Assembly (NCBI RefSeq): GCF_006345805.1
Contig: NC_042998.1
Coordinates: 185,132,001-185,196,000 of the forward strand
Length of the DNA: 64,000 bases
Source: Octopus sinensis
Taxonomy: Eukaryota
Direction: 5' to 3'
The notes under the pieces are model-generated. The model had not been told where the DNA came from and did not search any database. It saw only the letters and a program-made list of their open reading frames with translations. The position numbers and the translations under genes were made by a program. Shown piece after piece: positions 25,880 to 39,249 of the stretch (within the stretch, counting starts at the first letter, position 1; each line of letters opens with the position of its first letter).

Positions 25880-26912
25880 GCTAGAATGGAACTGATATAT
25901 CAATTCAATCTATACTCTTACAAATGCTACACCTTTAAAAAGAAATGGACTTGTTTGATTGGCCCTTTAGAAAAAACGGTCAATCTTCGAGCGATAAACA
26001 AAAAGGTCAAAAATATATGTATATATATATAAAAAACTTATAAAAATTATAAAATCCGAGGAAAAAACCTATTGACGTTAATGAAGACAGTGCAAATTAA
26101 TGCATAGAAATTAAACCTGTTATAAATACTGCAATACATATTTATATTAAAATCTACATATATATATCAACATACACAAAAGGATGCGCGTAAACGCCAT
26201 ACATACATATACAGACGTATGAATATAAATCTAAATATACACATAAAAGCATGTGTACATATATTCACGCAAACCGTCTCGCACGCAAGCTAAAATTCAT
26301 CTATGTAGCAATTCTCATATACTGAGCAAGGAGGGGGAACGAAAGAAAGGGAGAGAGAGAAAAAGGAACGAAGGAGGGGTGGGGAAAAAACGAAATAAGA
26401 AAAAAAATATGTATACAAGCAGTGTAACGGTGTTATTGGCATCTATAGTGACCAGTATACATACACAAGTTTGAATGGATACATATACATACCGTCGTGT
26501 ATATGTGTGCTTAAGCACAAACATACTTTCACTTACACATACACAGATACGCATGCTTACAAATACATATGCTTTGCTATACACATACTTATATAAACAT
26601 TCTAATTTTGACAACATTGCTTTTTTTAAAAAAAACATTGCTTTTAAAAAATGGGTGCATTAATAAAAATATATACGAAAGACATATAAAATAAAATATA
26701 ACATCCTATTTTGGGTCATTTATAAATAATCAAGGTAATATAAATAATCAAGGTAATCCTATGCAATACAATAACATGAAAACAAAGTTTGTAGGTTTTT
26801 CCTAATATATATGTAGAAACATAAGACTTTGCTATACGGATTAAGATCCGCAAGGCTTGGAAACAAAAACAAAATCAAAATCCATCGTAGCGCTCAAGAG
26901 TCAAAATCAAAA

Positions 26913-27617
26913 TCAAAAATCAAAAATACAAAATATATACTCTATCCATATGGTATATTTATTCGACAATTTAAATTTAGCCGCGTGCCTACATAAGTTC
27001 ATTAGCTCACTTCTTTGATTCAAAGAATTATTGTCTTTGAATAAGATGTACATTTTTTCTAATAGACAAAGTCTGCACTTGAAATTATTTTTGTAAGCTC
27101 CATGCCTGTATGGTGCCGCCCTGTCCAGAATGCTCCATGTCACGTTGAAAGGTGGGGCTTCCTTTTCTTTTAGTTCCCAGACATATTTTGCTAGGCTGGT
27201 TTTCTTCCTATTCTCTGGGTATTTAAATGAATTTTTATGAGAATAAAATCTTGTTTTAAATGAATTTTCTGAAGCCCCTGTGTATGTCTTGTATTCCGAT
27301 GAGCCTTCCACTTGCACCTTGGCTCTATAAACTACTCCTTTCACTAGACATTTCCCTTCTAACGGACAGGAGCTTTCGTTTTTGCAATTACATTTCTTAA
27401 TGGGCTCGGCACCATGTCTAATCTCAATTAGCTTCCTATTATGTTGGCTAATGTAAGAGGCGAAATTTCTGCAACAAGAATAGCTAACCTTCAGGGTTCT
27501 TCTATTAAATATTCTGTAGAATTTATGACCCTGCTTAAAATGCTTAGAGACTAATCTCAAAAATTCCTTACCTATATTAGTCTTTACGGCCAAATTGAAA
27601 GCCGGGTTGAACCACAA
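26913..27617 (-). pseudogene. PLE linker plus GIY-YIG endonuclease (left arm)
   Basis: WFNPAF..CNCKNESSCPLEGKCL..VVYRAKV..YTGASENSFKTRFYSH..CRLCLLEK. Confidence 0.9.
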
Positions 27618-27925
27618 AACTTTCGTGGTCCTAGTTCTTCGTACAGCATTAAGCTGGTTGAACTGGATCTTCTCAGAGAATCCACTATTCTTTAATGCGC
27701 TATCGTAATAAGGTGCAGCATTATGGAATGCTGCATCGTCCGAAGAAATTGAAGATATTCTTCTACCTACATCGCTGACTAAGTTCCTAAGGATAACTTG
27801 GTGATGGTTCGAATCTTTGCTAATATACGTAAGCCCATCGAATCTTTGCTAACCCGTAAGCCCATCCTTTGAAAGAAAGCTATAAGGTCCTTCCTAAGTC
27901 TATCTGATTCATGGCCGTTTAGATT

Positions 27926-28981
27926 ATGCGTGGCTATAAGGACCTTATAGCTTTCTTTCAAAGGATGGGCTTACGGGTTACGATAGATGCTAACCTGAAT
28001 AGTGTAGATTTTTTAGACGTAAATTTTAATGTAAGATCGGATAGATTTAAACCTTTCCGTAAGCCCAATGAAAAGCTATCGTATATTAGCAAAGATTCGA
28101 ACCATCCACCAGTTATCCTTAGGAACTTAGTCAGCAATGTAGGTAGAAGAATATCTTCAATTTCTTCGGACGAGGCAGCATTCCATAATGCTGCACCTTA
28201 TTACGATAGCGCATTAAAGAATAGTGGATTCTCTGAGAAGATCCAGTTCAACCAGCTTAATGCTGATAATAATGCTGCACGAAGAACTAGGACCAGGAAA
28301 GTTTTGTGGTTCAACCCGGCTTTCAATTTGGCCGTAAAGACTAATATAGGTACGGAATTTTTGAGATTAGTCTCTAAGCATTTTAAGCAGGGTCATAAAT
28401 TCTACAGAATATTTAATAGAAGAACCCTGAAGGTTAGCTATTCTTGTTGCAGAAATTTCGCCTCTTACATTAGCCAACATAATAGGAAGCTAATTGAGAT
28501 TAGACATGGTGCCGAGCCCATTAAGAAATGTAATTACAAAAACGAAAGCTCCTGTCCGTTAGAAGGGAAATGTCTAGTGAAAGGAGTAGTTTATAGAGCC
28601 AAGGTGCAAGTGGAAGGCTCATCGGAATACAAGACATACACAGGGGCTTCAGAAAATTCATTTAAAACAAGATTTTATTCTCATAAAAATTCATTTAAAT
28701 ACCCAGAGAATAGGAAGAAAACCAGCCTAGCAAAATATGTCTGGGAACTAAAAGAAAAGGAAGCCCCACCTTTCAACGTGACATGGAGCATTCTGGACAG
28801 GGCGGCACCATACAGGCATGGAGCTTACAAAAATAATTTCAAGTGCAGACTTTGTCTATTAGAAAAAATGTACATCTTATTCAAAGACAATAATTCTTTG
28901 AATCAAAGAAGTGAGCTAATGAACTTATGTAGGCACGCGGCTAAATTTAAAATGTCGAATATAAATATACCATATGGATAG
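27926..28981 (+). pseudogene. 5'-truncated PLE ORF: RT C-terminus plus GIY-YIG endonuclease (Naiad-like), 351 aa uninterrupted
   Basis: VDFLDVNFN..FKPFRKPNE..YISKDSNHPPVI (PLE RT thumb); VVY..YTG..F..R..H GIY-YIG; flanking Cys clusters. The RT catalytic DD motif is missing. Confidence 0.92.
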
Positions 28982-30086
28982 AGTATATATTTTGTATTTT
29001 TGATTTTTGATTTTGATTTTGACTCTTGAGCGCTACGATGGATTTTGATTTTGTTTTTGTTTCCAAGCTATGCGGATCTTAATCCGTATAGCAAAGTCTT
29101 ATGTTTCTACATATATATTAGGAAAAACCTACAAACTTTGTTTTCATGTTATTGTATTGCATAGGATTACCTTGATTATTTATATTACCTTGATTATTTA
29201 TAAATGACCCAAAATAGGATGTTATATTTTATTTTATATGTCTTTCGTATATATTTTTATTAATGCACCCATTTTTTAAAAGCAATGTTTTTTTAAAAAA
29301 GCAATGTTGTCAAAATTAGAATGTTTATATAAGTATGTGTATAGCAAAGCATATGTATTTGTAAGCATGCGTATCTGTGTATGTGTAAGTGAAAGTATGT
29401 TTGTGCTTAAGCACACATATACACGACGGTATGTGGTCTCTATAGATGCCAATAACACCGTTACACTGCTTGTATACATAATTTTTTTCTTATTTCGTTT
29501 TTTCCCCACCCCTCCTTCGTTCCTTTTTCTTTCTCTCCCTTTCTTTCGTTCCCCCTCCTTGCTCAGTATATGAGAATTGCTACATAGATGAATTTTAGCT
29601 TGCGTGCGGGACGGTTTGCGTGAATATATGTACACATGCTTTTATGTGTATATTTAGATTTATATTCATACGTCTGTATATGTATGTATGGCGTTTACGC
29701 GCATCCTTTTGTGTATGTTGATATATATATGTAGATTTTAATATAAATATGTATTGCAGTATTTATAACAGATTTAATTTCTATGCATTAATTTGCACTG
29801 TCTTCATTACGTCAATAGGTTTTTTCCTCGGATTTTATAATTTTTATAAGTTTTTTATATATATATACATATATTTTTGACCTTTTTGTTTATCGCTCGA
29901 AGATTGACCGTTTTTTCTAAAGGGCCAATCAAACAAGTCCATTTCTTTTTAAAGGTGTAGCGTTTGTAAGAGTATAGATTGAATTGATATATCAGTTCCA
30001 TTCTAGCAAAAACTGTCTGATGAACGGCAACGAGAAACTCAGAGTAACAGATTTTGTTGAATTTTCTGCTGCTTAAAATAAAGTAT
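27935..30086 (+). mobile_element. Penelope-like retroelement, right arm
   Basis: ORF, ~1 kb 3' region and hammerhead; ends in (TA)n. Confidence 0.92.
30008..30055 (+). ncRNA. Hammerhead ribozyme (type I, minimal/dimeric) in the PLE right arm
   Basis: CTGT(30013-16)-CTGATGA-A-CG[GCAA]CG-A-GAAA-CTC-A-GAG-TA^ACAG; predicted cleavage after 30046. Confidence 0.8.
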
Positions 30087-30127
30087 ATATATATATATAT
30101 ATATATATAAATATATATATATATTTA

Positions 30128-30960
30128 CAGGATGCGGTGAATAAACTGTCGTCTAAATTACACAAAAATGAAAATAACACTGACATCACATTTTGAGAGA
30201 TATATTAACCAAAAATACATAAATATATTTTGAAATACTAAATTTATTCAATAAAATCGCCATTTGCTTCAACCACAGCCTCCAGATGACTTCGGAATCT
30301 CCTGCAACTCTTCTGGATGGTCTCCTTGTTTAAGTTGGTAAATGCTGCCATAATCCTTGCCTTCAGTTCATGTTTGTGTCACAAGGAGTTTGGTTTGTCT
30401 CTCGATCAATTACGCCCCACACATAATAATCAATGGGGTTGCAGTCTGGAGAGTTAGGTGGTCAGATGTTAGGGATAGTGTGGTCGCAGAAATTGTCTGA
30501 CAGACGTGACTGGGTTCTCCTTCTTGTGTGGGACAGTGCGGAATCCTGTTGCCAGACATGGGGTCCTCCAGCAGCCACCCTCTTGACCCAGAGTAGTACT
30601 ACCTCCTCCAGGCACTTGATGTAGGCCTCCGTGTTGAGTTTGGGGCTGTGTGGGAAGATGAATGTAGTCATAAAGTTGCCATCACTAGTGATCACTCCAT
30701 ACACCATGATGACTGGGTATTTGATTTTTATCACTCTCGATACGGCCTCAGATTGCACTGTCTTCAGATGGACACCCAAACACTCAGTACTGTATGTCGT
30801 TTCAGAATTTCTGGCAGAGTGAATAGCGTCATGGTGCTGTTTTTTCTCACAGACGATGCCCAACTGACCCTACTATACTGTGTAGTTGACAAAATCAAAA
30901 ACAAACAATGCGTATGTACGAAATTAAAAATATAAAATTGCGGCAATTTACCCATCGCAC

Positions 30961-30964
<4 letters not shown>
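30128..30964 (-). mobile_element. Internally deleted DD37D (maT) Tc1/mariner transposon
   Basis: Imperfect TIRs CAGGGTGCGATGGGTAAATTG / CAGGATGCGGTGAATAAACTG. Peptide WQQD-SALSHT..*PPNSPDCNPI-D has 37 residues between the aspartates. Confidence 0.85.
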
Positions 30965-31006
<42 letters not shown>

Positions 31007-31166
31007 CGTGTGTGTGTTTGTGTGTGTGTAGTTATATTCTGTTAAAAGCGTAGTAGAGTAGAGTATAAAGCTCGTCCAGCTTCAGATTTTACCCGCTGCT
31101 ATCCAGTAGTAGTATTATACGTACTTCCAGATTTGCCTTTGGGCTTCTGTTGTGCGTGAATAGATA

Positions 31167-31367
31167 ACTGAATAAGCTGGAATCAGCAAGAAGGAGTACA
31201 GCTTGACATTTATTTACAGTTATTGCAATTGTTTCTACGCAACGTAGTTCTCCGGGTTTGCAAGCATTTGGTTATGCAAACCGGGAGAACTACGTTGCGT
31301 ACAAACAATTCTAGTGATTGCAAATATATGTGCAACCGTACTCCTTATTGACTCCAACTTATCCAAT
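31167..31367. mobile_element. TA-flanked fold-back MITE
   Basis: Outer TIRs CTGAATAAGCTGGAATCAG / TGACTCCAACTTATCCAA; inner long hairpin TACGCAACGTAGTTCTCCGGGTTTGCA .. TGCAAACCGGGAGAACTACGTTGCGTA. Confidence 0.7.
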
Positions 31368-31464
31368 TATACATATAAGTATATATAGACAAGTTACTCT
31401 TTACTCTGCGGAGTTGGTCCCAGATAAAGATATCGGAGTGTAAGTTCAAATCTTTTGAGCGCTA

Positions 31465-31689
31465 CTAAGTGCTAGCAGAAACGTTAGCACGCTGGGCGAA
31501 ATGCTTAGCAGTATTTAGTCTGTCGTTACGTTCTGAGTTCAAATTCCGCCGAGGTCGACTTTGCCTTTCATTCTTTCGGGGTCGATAAATAAAGTACCAG
31601 TTACGCACTGGGGTCGATGTAATCGACTTAATCCGTTTGTCTGTCCTTGTTTGTCCCCTCTATGTTTAGCCCCCTGTGGACAGTAAAGA
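31465..31689 (+). mobile_element. Family C SINE
   Basis: Full body and tail ending AAAGAAATA. Confidence 0.88.
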
Positions 31690-31734
31690 AATATATATTC
31701 ATAATCTCTGAATCTCATCAGTTGACTATGTGTA

Positions 31735-32247
31735 CCGTAAATCCTCGAATATAATCCGCATCTTTTTCCCAAAATTTAACGGTCAAAATCCCTAGTGCGT
31801 ACTATATACGAGGTTAAAAATGAAAATTATTTTCTAAGCAATGTCTGAGTCTTGATTTGCTGTCCGGCAATGTTTATTCAGAAGCATTTTGTGATGTCGG
31901 GCGCGAAAATACTTTTAGCTAAGCCTGAAAGCAATCAAGTCATAAAATAATCATCCATAACTTGCAGTAAGCAACATTTATTAAACGTTATTACTGTTAT
32001 ATTTTTTATTTTCTGCAAACAAAATGCACAAAAATGCTACATGTTTGCATTATGTTATATGTACAATAATAATAAAAGACGTTACCGTATACATTTTTAC
32101 AAACCAAGGACGTTATATAGAGCTCCCTGACTCAAGTTAAAGAAGGAGTGCATATTATACACAAGGTTTAGGTTTTTCAGAGGTACAGCCCCCTAAAAAT
32201 CCCCTGCATATTATACTCAAGGGCAGACTATACTCGAGGATTTACGG
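31735..32247. mobile_element. MITE with CCGTA TIRs and TA TSD (pogo/Tc2-like)
   Basis: TA|CCGTAAATCCTCGAATATA .. TATACTCGAGGATTTACGG|TA. Confidence 0.85.
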
Positions 32248-32327
32248 TATGTATGCACACACACACACACACATATATATGCATACATGCATACATACGC
32301 ACATATACATATGTATATACATATATG

Positions 32328-32417
<90 letters not shown>

Positions 32418-32717
32418 TATACTAATTGCCAGAAAAGTTTCTTGTACCAAGCGTACCTAGTCGTTTAGATCACCTGTGATATTTTGCATATTCATATATA
32501 AATATATATGTATACATATACATATTTGTTTCTTGTACAATTTTGAACCATATATATAAATATACAGTATGTGTTTCTAGACAGTTTCAACCTACAAAAT
32601 TCCACTCGCAAAATATTGGTCATTCCGCAGAACCATGATGTTGGGAACTAAACTGCTTAACCTCCTCACATACAGACAGGCAGACAGACAGTCATTATAT
32701 TTTCTTTTTCTTTTTTT

Positions 32718-33118
32718 TTTTTTACTTTTTACTTGTTTCAGTCATTTGACTGCGGCCATGCTGGAGCACCGCCTTTAGTCGAGCAAATCGACCCCGGGAC
32801 TTATTCTTTGTAAGCCCAGTACTTATTCTATCGGTCTCTTTTGCCGAACCGCTAATGGACGGGGACGTAAACACACCAGCATCGGTTGTCAAGCAATGCT
32901 AGAGGGACAAACACAGACACACAAACACATACATATATATATATATACATATATACGACAGGCTTCTTTCAGTTTCCGTCTACCAAATCCACTCACAAGG
33001 CTTTGGTCGGCCCGGGGCTATAGCAGAAGACACTTGCCCAAGATGCCACGCAGTGGGACTGAACCCGGAACCATGTGGTTGGTTAGCAAGCTACTTACCA
33101 CACAGCCACTCCTGCGCC
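32718..33118 (-). mobile_element. Full-length family A SINE
   Basis: Reverse complement of the 20727-type element. Confidence 0.92.
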
Positions 33119-33124
33119 TATAAT

Positions 33125-33770
33125 TGCAAAAACTATTCACAATGCTATCCGCAAGAAGGACTGCTCTAGCGGATACATCAAACACATGTCAGAAGCAGCA
33201 TATATATTCAGACTTTTCAAAACCAGAAACAGTGGTGGAATACTCCAATAAATACAGCAATTCGGTGCGCGTACAACAGACCTGATATTGTTCTGTGGGA
33301 CAGGATACAAAGGTTATGTACTGTTGTAGAGGTCAGCTGCCCAGTGGATGAGAATCTACAATTCCGCCGAGGTCGACTTTGCCTTTCATCCTTTCGGGGT
33401 CGATTAAATAAGTACCAGTTACGCACTGGGGTCGATATAATCGACTTAATCCGTTTGTCTATCCTTGTTTGTCCTCTCTGTGTTTAGCCCCTTGTGGGTA
33501 GTAAAGAAATAGGATGAGAATCTACCATCAAAAGTCCATGAAAAACAGAACATTGATGGTGAACTAATGCTGAACTTCCCGCTCTTGTACCCTGACTACA
33601 AATTTTTTGTTATTATGGCACCAATTAGGCTATGTGTCTCACAAAAACTTAAAAATTTGAAGTTTTTCGCAGAAAGAACAAAATAAACTGAAGCCCATTC
33701 TCCAAATCTATTGTTTAGTAGCATAGAGAAGATTTGTAAGACACCCGAAGATTTACTATGAGATTCTTTA
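33125..33770 (+). pseudogene. Restriction-like-endonuclease LINE relic, split by a family C SINE (33360-33511)
   Basis: WWNTPINTAIRCAYNRPDIVLWDRIQRLCTVVEVSCPVDENL; the SINE has the TSD GGATGAGAATCTAC (33346-33359, 33512-33525). Confidence 0.75.
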
Positions 33771-34234
33771 AGTGAATAAAATGCACACAATTGGTTGTGT
33801 GCATCGACAATACAACCAACACGCAAACCCAACAATATATTTACAAACAGAGGGAATTCTCTTAATCCAAAATGCTTTGTTGCTTTGTTTAGCGACCGGG
33901 TTTGAACTCTCTGAAGAAGAACTAAAATAAGACTCAGACAAAAACAAAAAAGACAAGCAAATAAACATAAAACTAACATACATATATACATGCATATATG
34001 CATATATGCATACGTACGTACATACATACATACATACTACGTACGTACATACATATATACATACATACATACGTACGTACGTACGTACGTAGCACGCATA
34101 AGCTGTGAGTGAAAATATTCAGAGTAAACATTATTACTAATATGATTTTTGATTAGATAGAACGTTAAAATAAAATTTGCATATGCATAACGAATTGGAA
34201 ATAATTAGTACGCGCGCGCACGCACACAGACACA

Positions 34235-34290
<56 letters not shown>

Positions 34291-34430
34291 CACACAAATG
34301 TAAGACTAATAGATACGCCCTGTTTGCTCCCTAATATGTATATATATATATATATATATATGAATAGACGGGAGGACATACAAACAGACAGGCAGGCAGG
34401 CAGGGAGACAGACAGACAGACAGATAGATA

Positions 34431-34660
34431 TATTTCTTTACTGCCCACAAGGGGCTAAACATAGAGTGGACAAAGAAGGACAGACAAACGGATTAGGTCG
34501 ATTACATCGACCCCAGTGCGAAACTGGTACTTTATTTTATCGACCCCGAAAGGATGAAAGGCAAAGTCGACCTCGGCGGAATTTGAACTCAGAACGTAAC
34601 GACAGACGAAATACTGCTAAGCATTTCGCCCGGCGCGCTAACGGCTCTGCCAGCTCGTCG
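34431..34660 (-). mobile_element. Family C SINE inserted in a GACA/GATA tract
   Basis: Full head, body and tail. Confidence 0.88.
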
Positions 34661-34683
34661 ACAGACATATAGATCGATAGATG

Positions 34684-34815
<132 letters not shown>

Positions 34816-35289
34816 CAGAAAGAGGGGGCGATGTGAACATGTGTACGGACCACTGGTTACTTAGTAAATCTGCGTTTAATTAGATAGACAGGTTAATGGC
34901 TGAGCGAAGAGACAAATGGTACTTGAGAGAAAGTGACGTCAGCAATTGGAAATTGCATGTTGATGAGAATGTATCAAAATAGTTGTCAAGCGATTTGATG
35001 GGATAAATGCGTGATTAGAGATTAAGCAGCAAGTATTAAGGATTAAGTAGTAGGGATCAGAGATCAGGGGTCAATAATCAATCAACAATTAATGATTGAT
35101 TAACAGATCAACAGAGCAAGATGAGAAAAACATCGAAGAATTGTTTTAATAACGCTTCCTTCGATAAACACAAAGACTTGGAGAGGTTTAAAACCAAAAC
35201 GATTTGCTAAGCTGAGACGTTCATGTTTCTTTTTATATTTATTAATTATTTGTTATTCATTCTGTATTTATTTGTTTTTCATTCTTCTG

Positions 35290-35501
35290 GTGTATTGGCG
35301 ACATGGCGTGAAGACGGTGGTTTCATGGTTAAGGTGTTGGGGGTAGGACTATGAGATCGTGAGTTCGTTATCTGGACCAGGTAGCGCGTTGTCCTTGAGC
35401 AAGGCACTGCATTTTGTGTTCCTCTTGTTAACTCAGCTGAAAATGAGTACCAACCGCCAAATCGTACAGTCCTCTCTCTCTCTCACTCTCTCTCTCTCTC
35501 A

Positions 35502-35534
<33 letters not shown>

Positions 35535-36245
35535 CTCCTCCTCCTTCTCCTCCAGCTTCCACATCCTCTATGTTCCCCTGGGTCAAGTGCGAGTGGACTG
35601 AGAGCGGAAGAGTGGTACTAGCGAAAGCAGTGGTACTAGCTAGCAGGTCATACATGCGAATCACGGCTAACCTTAGTATTTACAAACATAGCTACATAGT
35701 TAAGGAATTCATCTCATAAGTGCATGGTTTTGGGTTCGATCTAACAGCACAATACCTTGTATTGTTTCCTTCTAGCATAGCCTCGGATTTATCAAAACCT
35801 TGTGAGTGAAATTTAATAATCGAAAACTGTAGGAAATCCATCGCAGAGGCTGTTTCTGTCCTCAGAGGACACCCGTCATTTTGAATAATGCCATCATCTG
35901 TCCTTGCTTGTCCTCTCTATGTTTAGCCCCTTGTGGGTAGTAAAAAAAATAGGTATTTCGTCTGCGGTTACGTTGTGAGTTCAAATTCCGCCGAGGTCGA
36001 CTTTGCCTTTCGTCCTTTCGGGGTCGATTAAATATGTACCAGTTACGCACTGGGGTCAATATAATCGACTTAATTCGTGCCTCTGTCCTTGTTTGTCCTC
36101 TCTGTTTTTAGCCCCTTGTGGGTAGTAAAGAAATAGAAATAAAGTGTCTTACTCAAGAACGCAACGCGTCACCGGGGATTGAACTCTCGATCGGGAGCCG
36201 AATACCCTAACCGCTGCCCTAACCACTGGGCCATTGCGCCTCCAC
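35290..36245. mobile_element. Cluster of SINE fragments (families D and A, plus a C dimer at ~35900-36132)
   Basis: Recognisable heads and tails; junction AAATA|GGTATTTCG at ~35952. Confidence 0.7.
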
Positions 36246-36778
36246 TCTTTTGTATCTAAAGTGGACACAAAACGAATGAAGATAGCTAGGCTTGAATCAA
36301 GTGGGATTTGAGCTCAAAACCCAGCGACCCAATAAGCGTAAAATCTATCGAGCTATAGTTAAAGTCCAGTCGTAGATATTATAGCAATATAATAAAGCGT
36401 CTGTAATGTGGATCTTGTACCTATGTTAGTAATAAAGTGGGACTTCTCTCTCTGTTATATTAATTATACTCGGATTAAGGATTTAATAATAAATAAAAAT
36501 AATCTACTTAAAAATTATCAAGGATTGTATTTACGTAATGGCGGAAAATGAAATCGTTTTTAATCCTTTCGGGCAGTTTCTGTGAGAGGTTTTTAGATCC
36601 ATAGAGAAAGGTTGGTTTACAAGGTTGATGTGCAGATGTAAGCGCGAATGTGACGTGCGTATGTGTGTGTGTGTGTATGTGTATACTAATGCCTATCGAG
36701 TTATTCCCCTATATATTCTCTCTCTCTCATTTTCTCTGCATGTGTGTATACACACGCACACAAACACACAAACACATA

Positions 36779-37697
36779 CAGGGTGCGATGGGTAAATTGT
36801 TGCCATTTTATAGTTTTAATTTCGCGCATGCGCATTGTTTGTTTTTGATTTTGTCGACTGCACGGTATAGTAGGGTCAGTTGCACACCGTCGGTGAGAAA
36901 AACAGCACCATGACGCAATTCACTCAGCCAGAAATTTGGAAACAACATGCTGTGCTGCTTGGCATTCGCACCGGAAGTTCCAATACGAACATTTCAGAGT
37001 GTTTGGGTGTCAATCTGAGAACAGTGCAGAGGATTCGAAAAGAATTGGGTGAGTCTAATGTTGATTACGAAGGTACAGCAGCGAGGAAAACTCACTCTGA
37101 TCGTTCTAATAAGAAAAGAACTCCTGAATTTGTTGGTGAGATCCAGGCCATGATTGACAACAACCCCTCCAAGTCAATCAGGTCTATCGCCGTGGAAATG
37201 GGAGTGTCTGAGTTTCTTATCAAGCAGGTAGTGCATGAAGATATTCAGTATTCTTCAAACAAGATGAGAAAGGGCCAATTTTTATCCCAAGCCATCAAGG
37301 ACGAGAGAAAAGACCGCACTACAAAGCTTTTGAACCAACTCAAGCATCTCTTCCAACCGAACATGCTTTGGTGTTTCTCAGATGAGAAAAATTTCTGCCA
37401 GGATCAGATGGTGAACACACAGAACCACCGTTGGCTGAGGGGTCACCAAAACATGCACCGGGAGGGATAAAACACAAACATCCAGGCAACATCATGGTGT
37501 TTGGAGTGAACACTAGTTATAGAGGCATTTTGCCTAAATTCACCAATTTAAACAAGGAGACCACCCAGAAGAGTTGCAAGAGATTCCGAAGTCGTCTGGA
37601 GGCCGTGGTTGAAGTCGATGGTGATTTTATTGAATAAATTTACTCTTTAGTATTTCAAGATATGTTAAAATGAGATTTCAGTGTTATTTTCATTTTT
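36779..37697 (+). mobile_element. DD37D (maT) transposon copy retaining the N-terminus and lacking the catalytic core
   Basis: TA|CAGGGTGCGATGGGTAAATTG TIR. ORF 36880-37470 has HTH-like segments and WCFSDEKNF. The C-terminus RFRSRLEAVVEVDGDFIE is present. Confidence 0.85.
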
Positions 37698-37959
37698 ACG
37701 AAAGAAAGAAAGAAAGAAAGAATGGCAAACCGGACAGGCCATTTTGATAAATTAACTTTTTTTATGTTCATATATATTTCTGATGTCAAAAGAATTTATA
37801 AACTTTCGAGAGAACCAGAAAAAATTATTTATCGAAACAGTGATATCGCAGCAGGAGGTAAAGCTATAGATAGTGGCATGTAAATATTGGGTCGAAAAAC
37901 TCTTTTGGACAGAAACAGTCGAATATTCAACCCAATATTTTACATGCTGTTATTTATTA

Positions 37960-38195
37960 GCTTCAAGGCAACCAGCTGGCAGAATCGTTATCACACTGGA
38001 CGAAATGCTTAGCGACGTTTCGTCCGTCTTTACGTTCTGAGTTCAAATTCAACCGAACTCGACTTTGCCTTTCATCTTTTCGGAGGTAGATAAATTAAGT
38101 ACCAGTGAAACACTGGGGTCGATGTAATCGACTAGTCCCCTCTCCCAAAATTTCAGACCTTATGTCTTTAGTAGAAAGAATTATTTATATCCTCC
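37960..38195 (+). mobile_element. Family B SINE (older tail type)
   Basis: GCTGGCAGAATCGTTA..CGTCCGTCTTTACG..AATCGACTAGTCCCCTC..AGTAGAAAGAATTATT. Confidence 0.85.
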
Positions 38196-38442
38196 TCATC
38201 TGCTTCGAAATCCACTATTTCAAAAATGCATTATTTCATGTTTCTTAAATCAATAGTGAAATTCGAAGAATTGCTTTGGTCTATTGGTAGAAAGCTTGTC
38301 ATGTCTACAGAGTCCCATGGGCAATTTTCAACTTTTTATATCCCAAAGGGATTTCAATCCAATATGACGTATAAGTGTGTGTGCGTGCGTGTATGCATGA
38401 CTGCAGTCAAATGACTGAAACAAGTAAAAAGATATATATATA

Positions 38443-38535
<93 letters not shown>

Positions 38536-38579
38536 ATATATGTACATATGTATGTATACACACACATACGTATATATAT

Positions 38580-38611
<32 letters not shown>

Positions 38612-39171
38612 ATTACGTACGTGTGTACGCATGTCGTATGTATGCATTATGTATGTATGTATGTATGTATGTATGTATATGTATGTATGTATGTATGTAT
38701 GTACTTTCGGTCTCTTCATTATACGGAAATATCACCTTATTGTTATTGTTCCTAGTAAATATTCTAGCCTATTTTTTATTCTATTTCCAAAGAACAAGCG
38801 GTCTAGAACACGAACTGCTGACCATAAACCTACGATATGAATACTTACTCGCTCATAAACATACATGAAATTTCGGTGATATTTGGTGGCGAAGGTGGTA
38901 CTGAAGATATATAAACTGACATTGCGAAATTAGACGTTAGGCGCAGGTGAGAGCAGTGGTCATTAGCGAGACAGCAAATAAACCAAATATTAATTATGGT
39001 ATTCCTAAGTTTCTGTAGAATAATGTCGACAGTGAAATAATTATATAATATGATAGCATATACGGTGGCTGGAGTTTATATATTATTATTATGTGGCCGT
39101 GCGAGTGGAGGCATTAAGTAGTCGTAAAAGCTCGAGTTAGAGGAGGCGAAAGACTGAAATAATAAAATAGG

Positions 39172-39249
<78 letters not shown>

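Larger units (their letters stand above)
25733..27938 (-). mobile_element. Penelope-like retroelement, left arm (5'-truncated)
   Basis: Reverse complement of 27935-30086; encodes the same RT-thumb/GIY-YIG region. Confidence 0.92.

Noticed and set aside
27926-28981. Selenoprotein-type Naiad (in-frame TGA at Cys positions)
   Set aside because: The retained ORF has no in-frame TGA and its cysteines use TGY codons; the missing N-terminal part cannot be judged.
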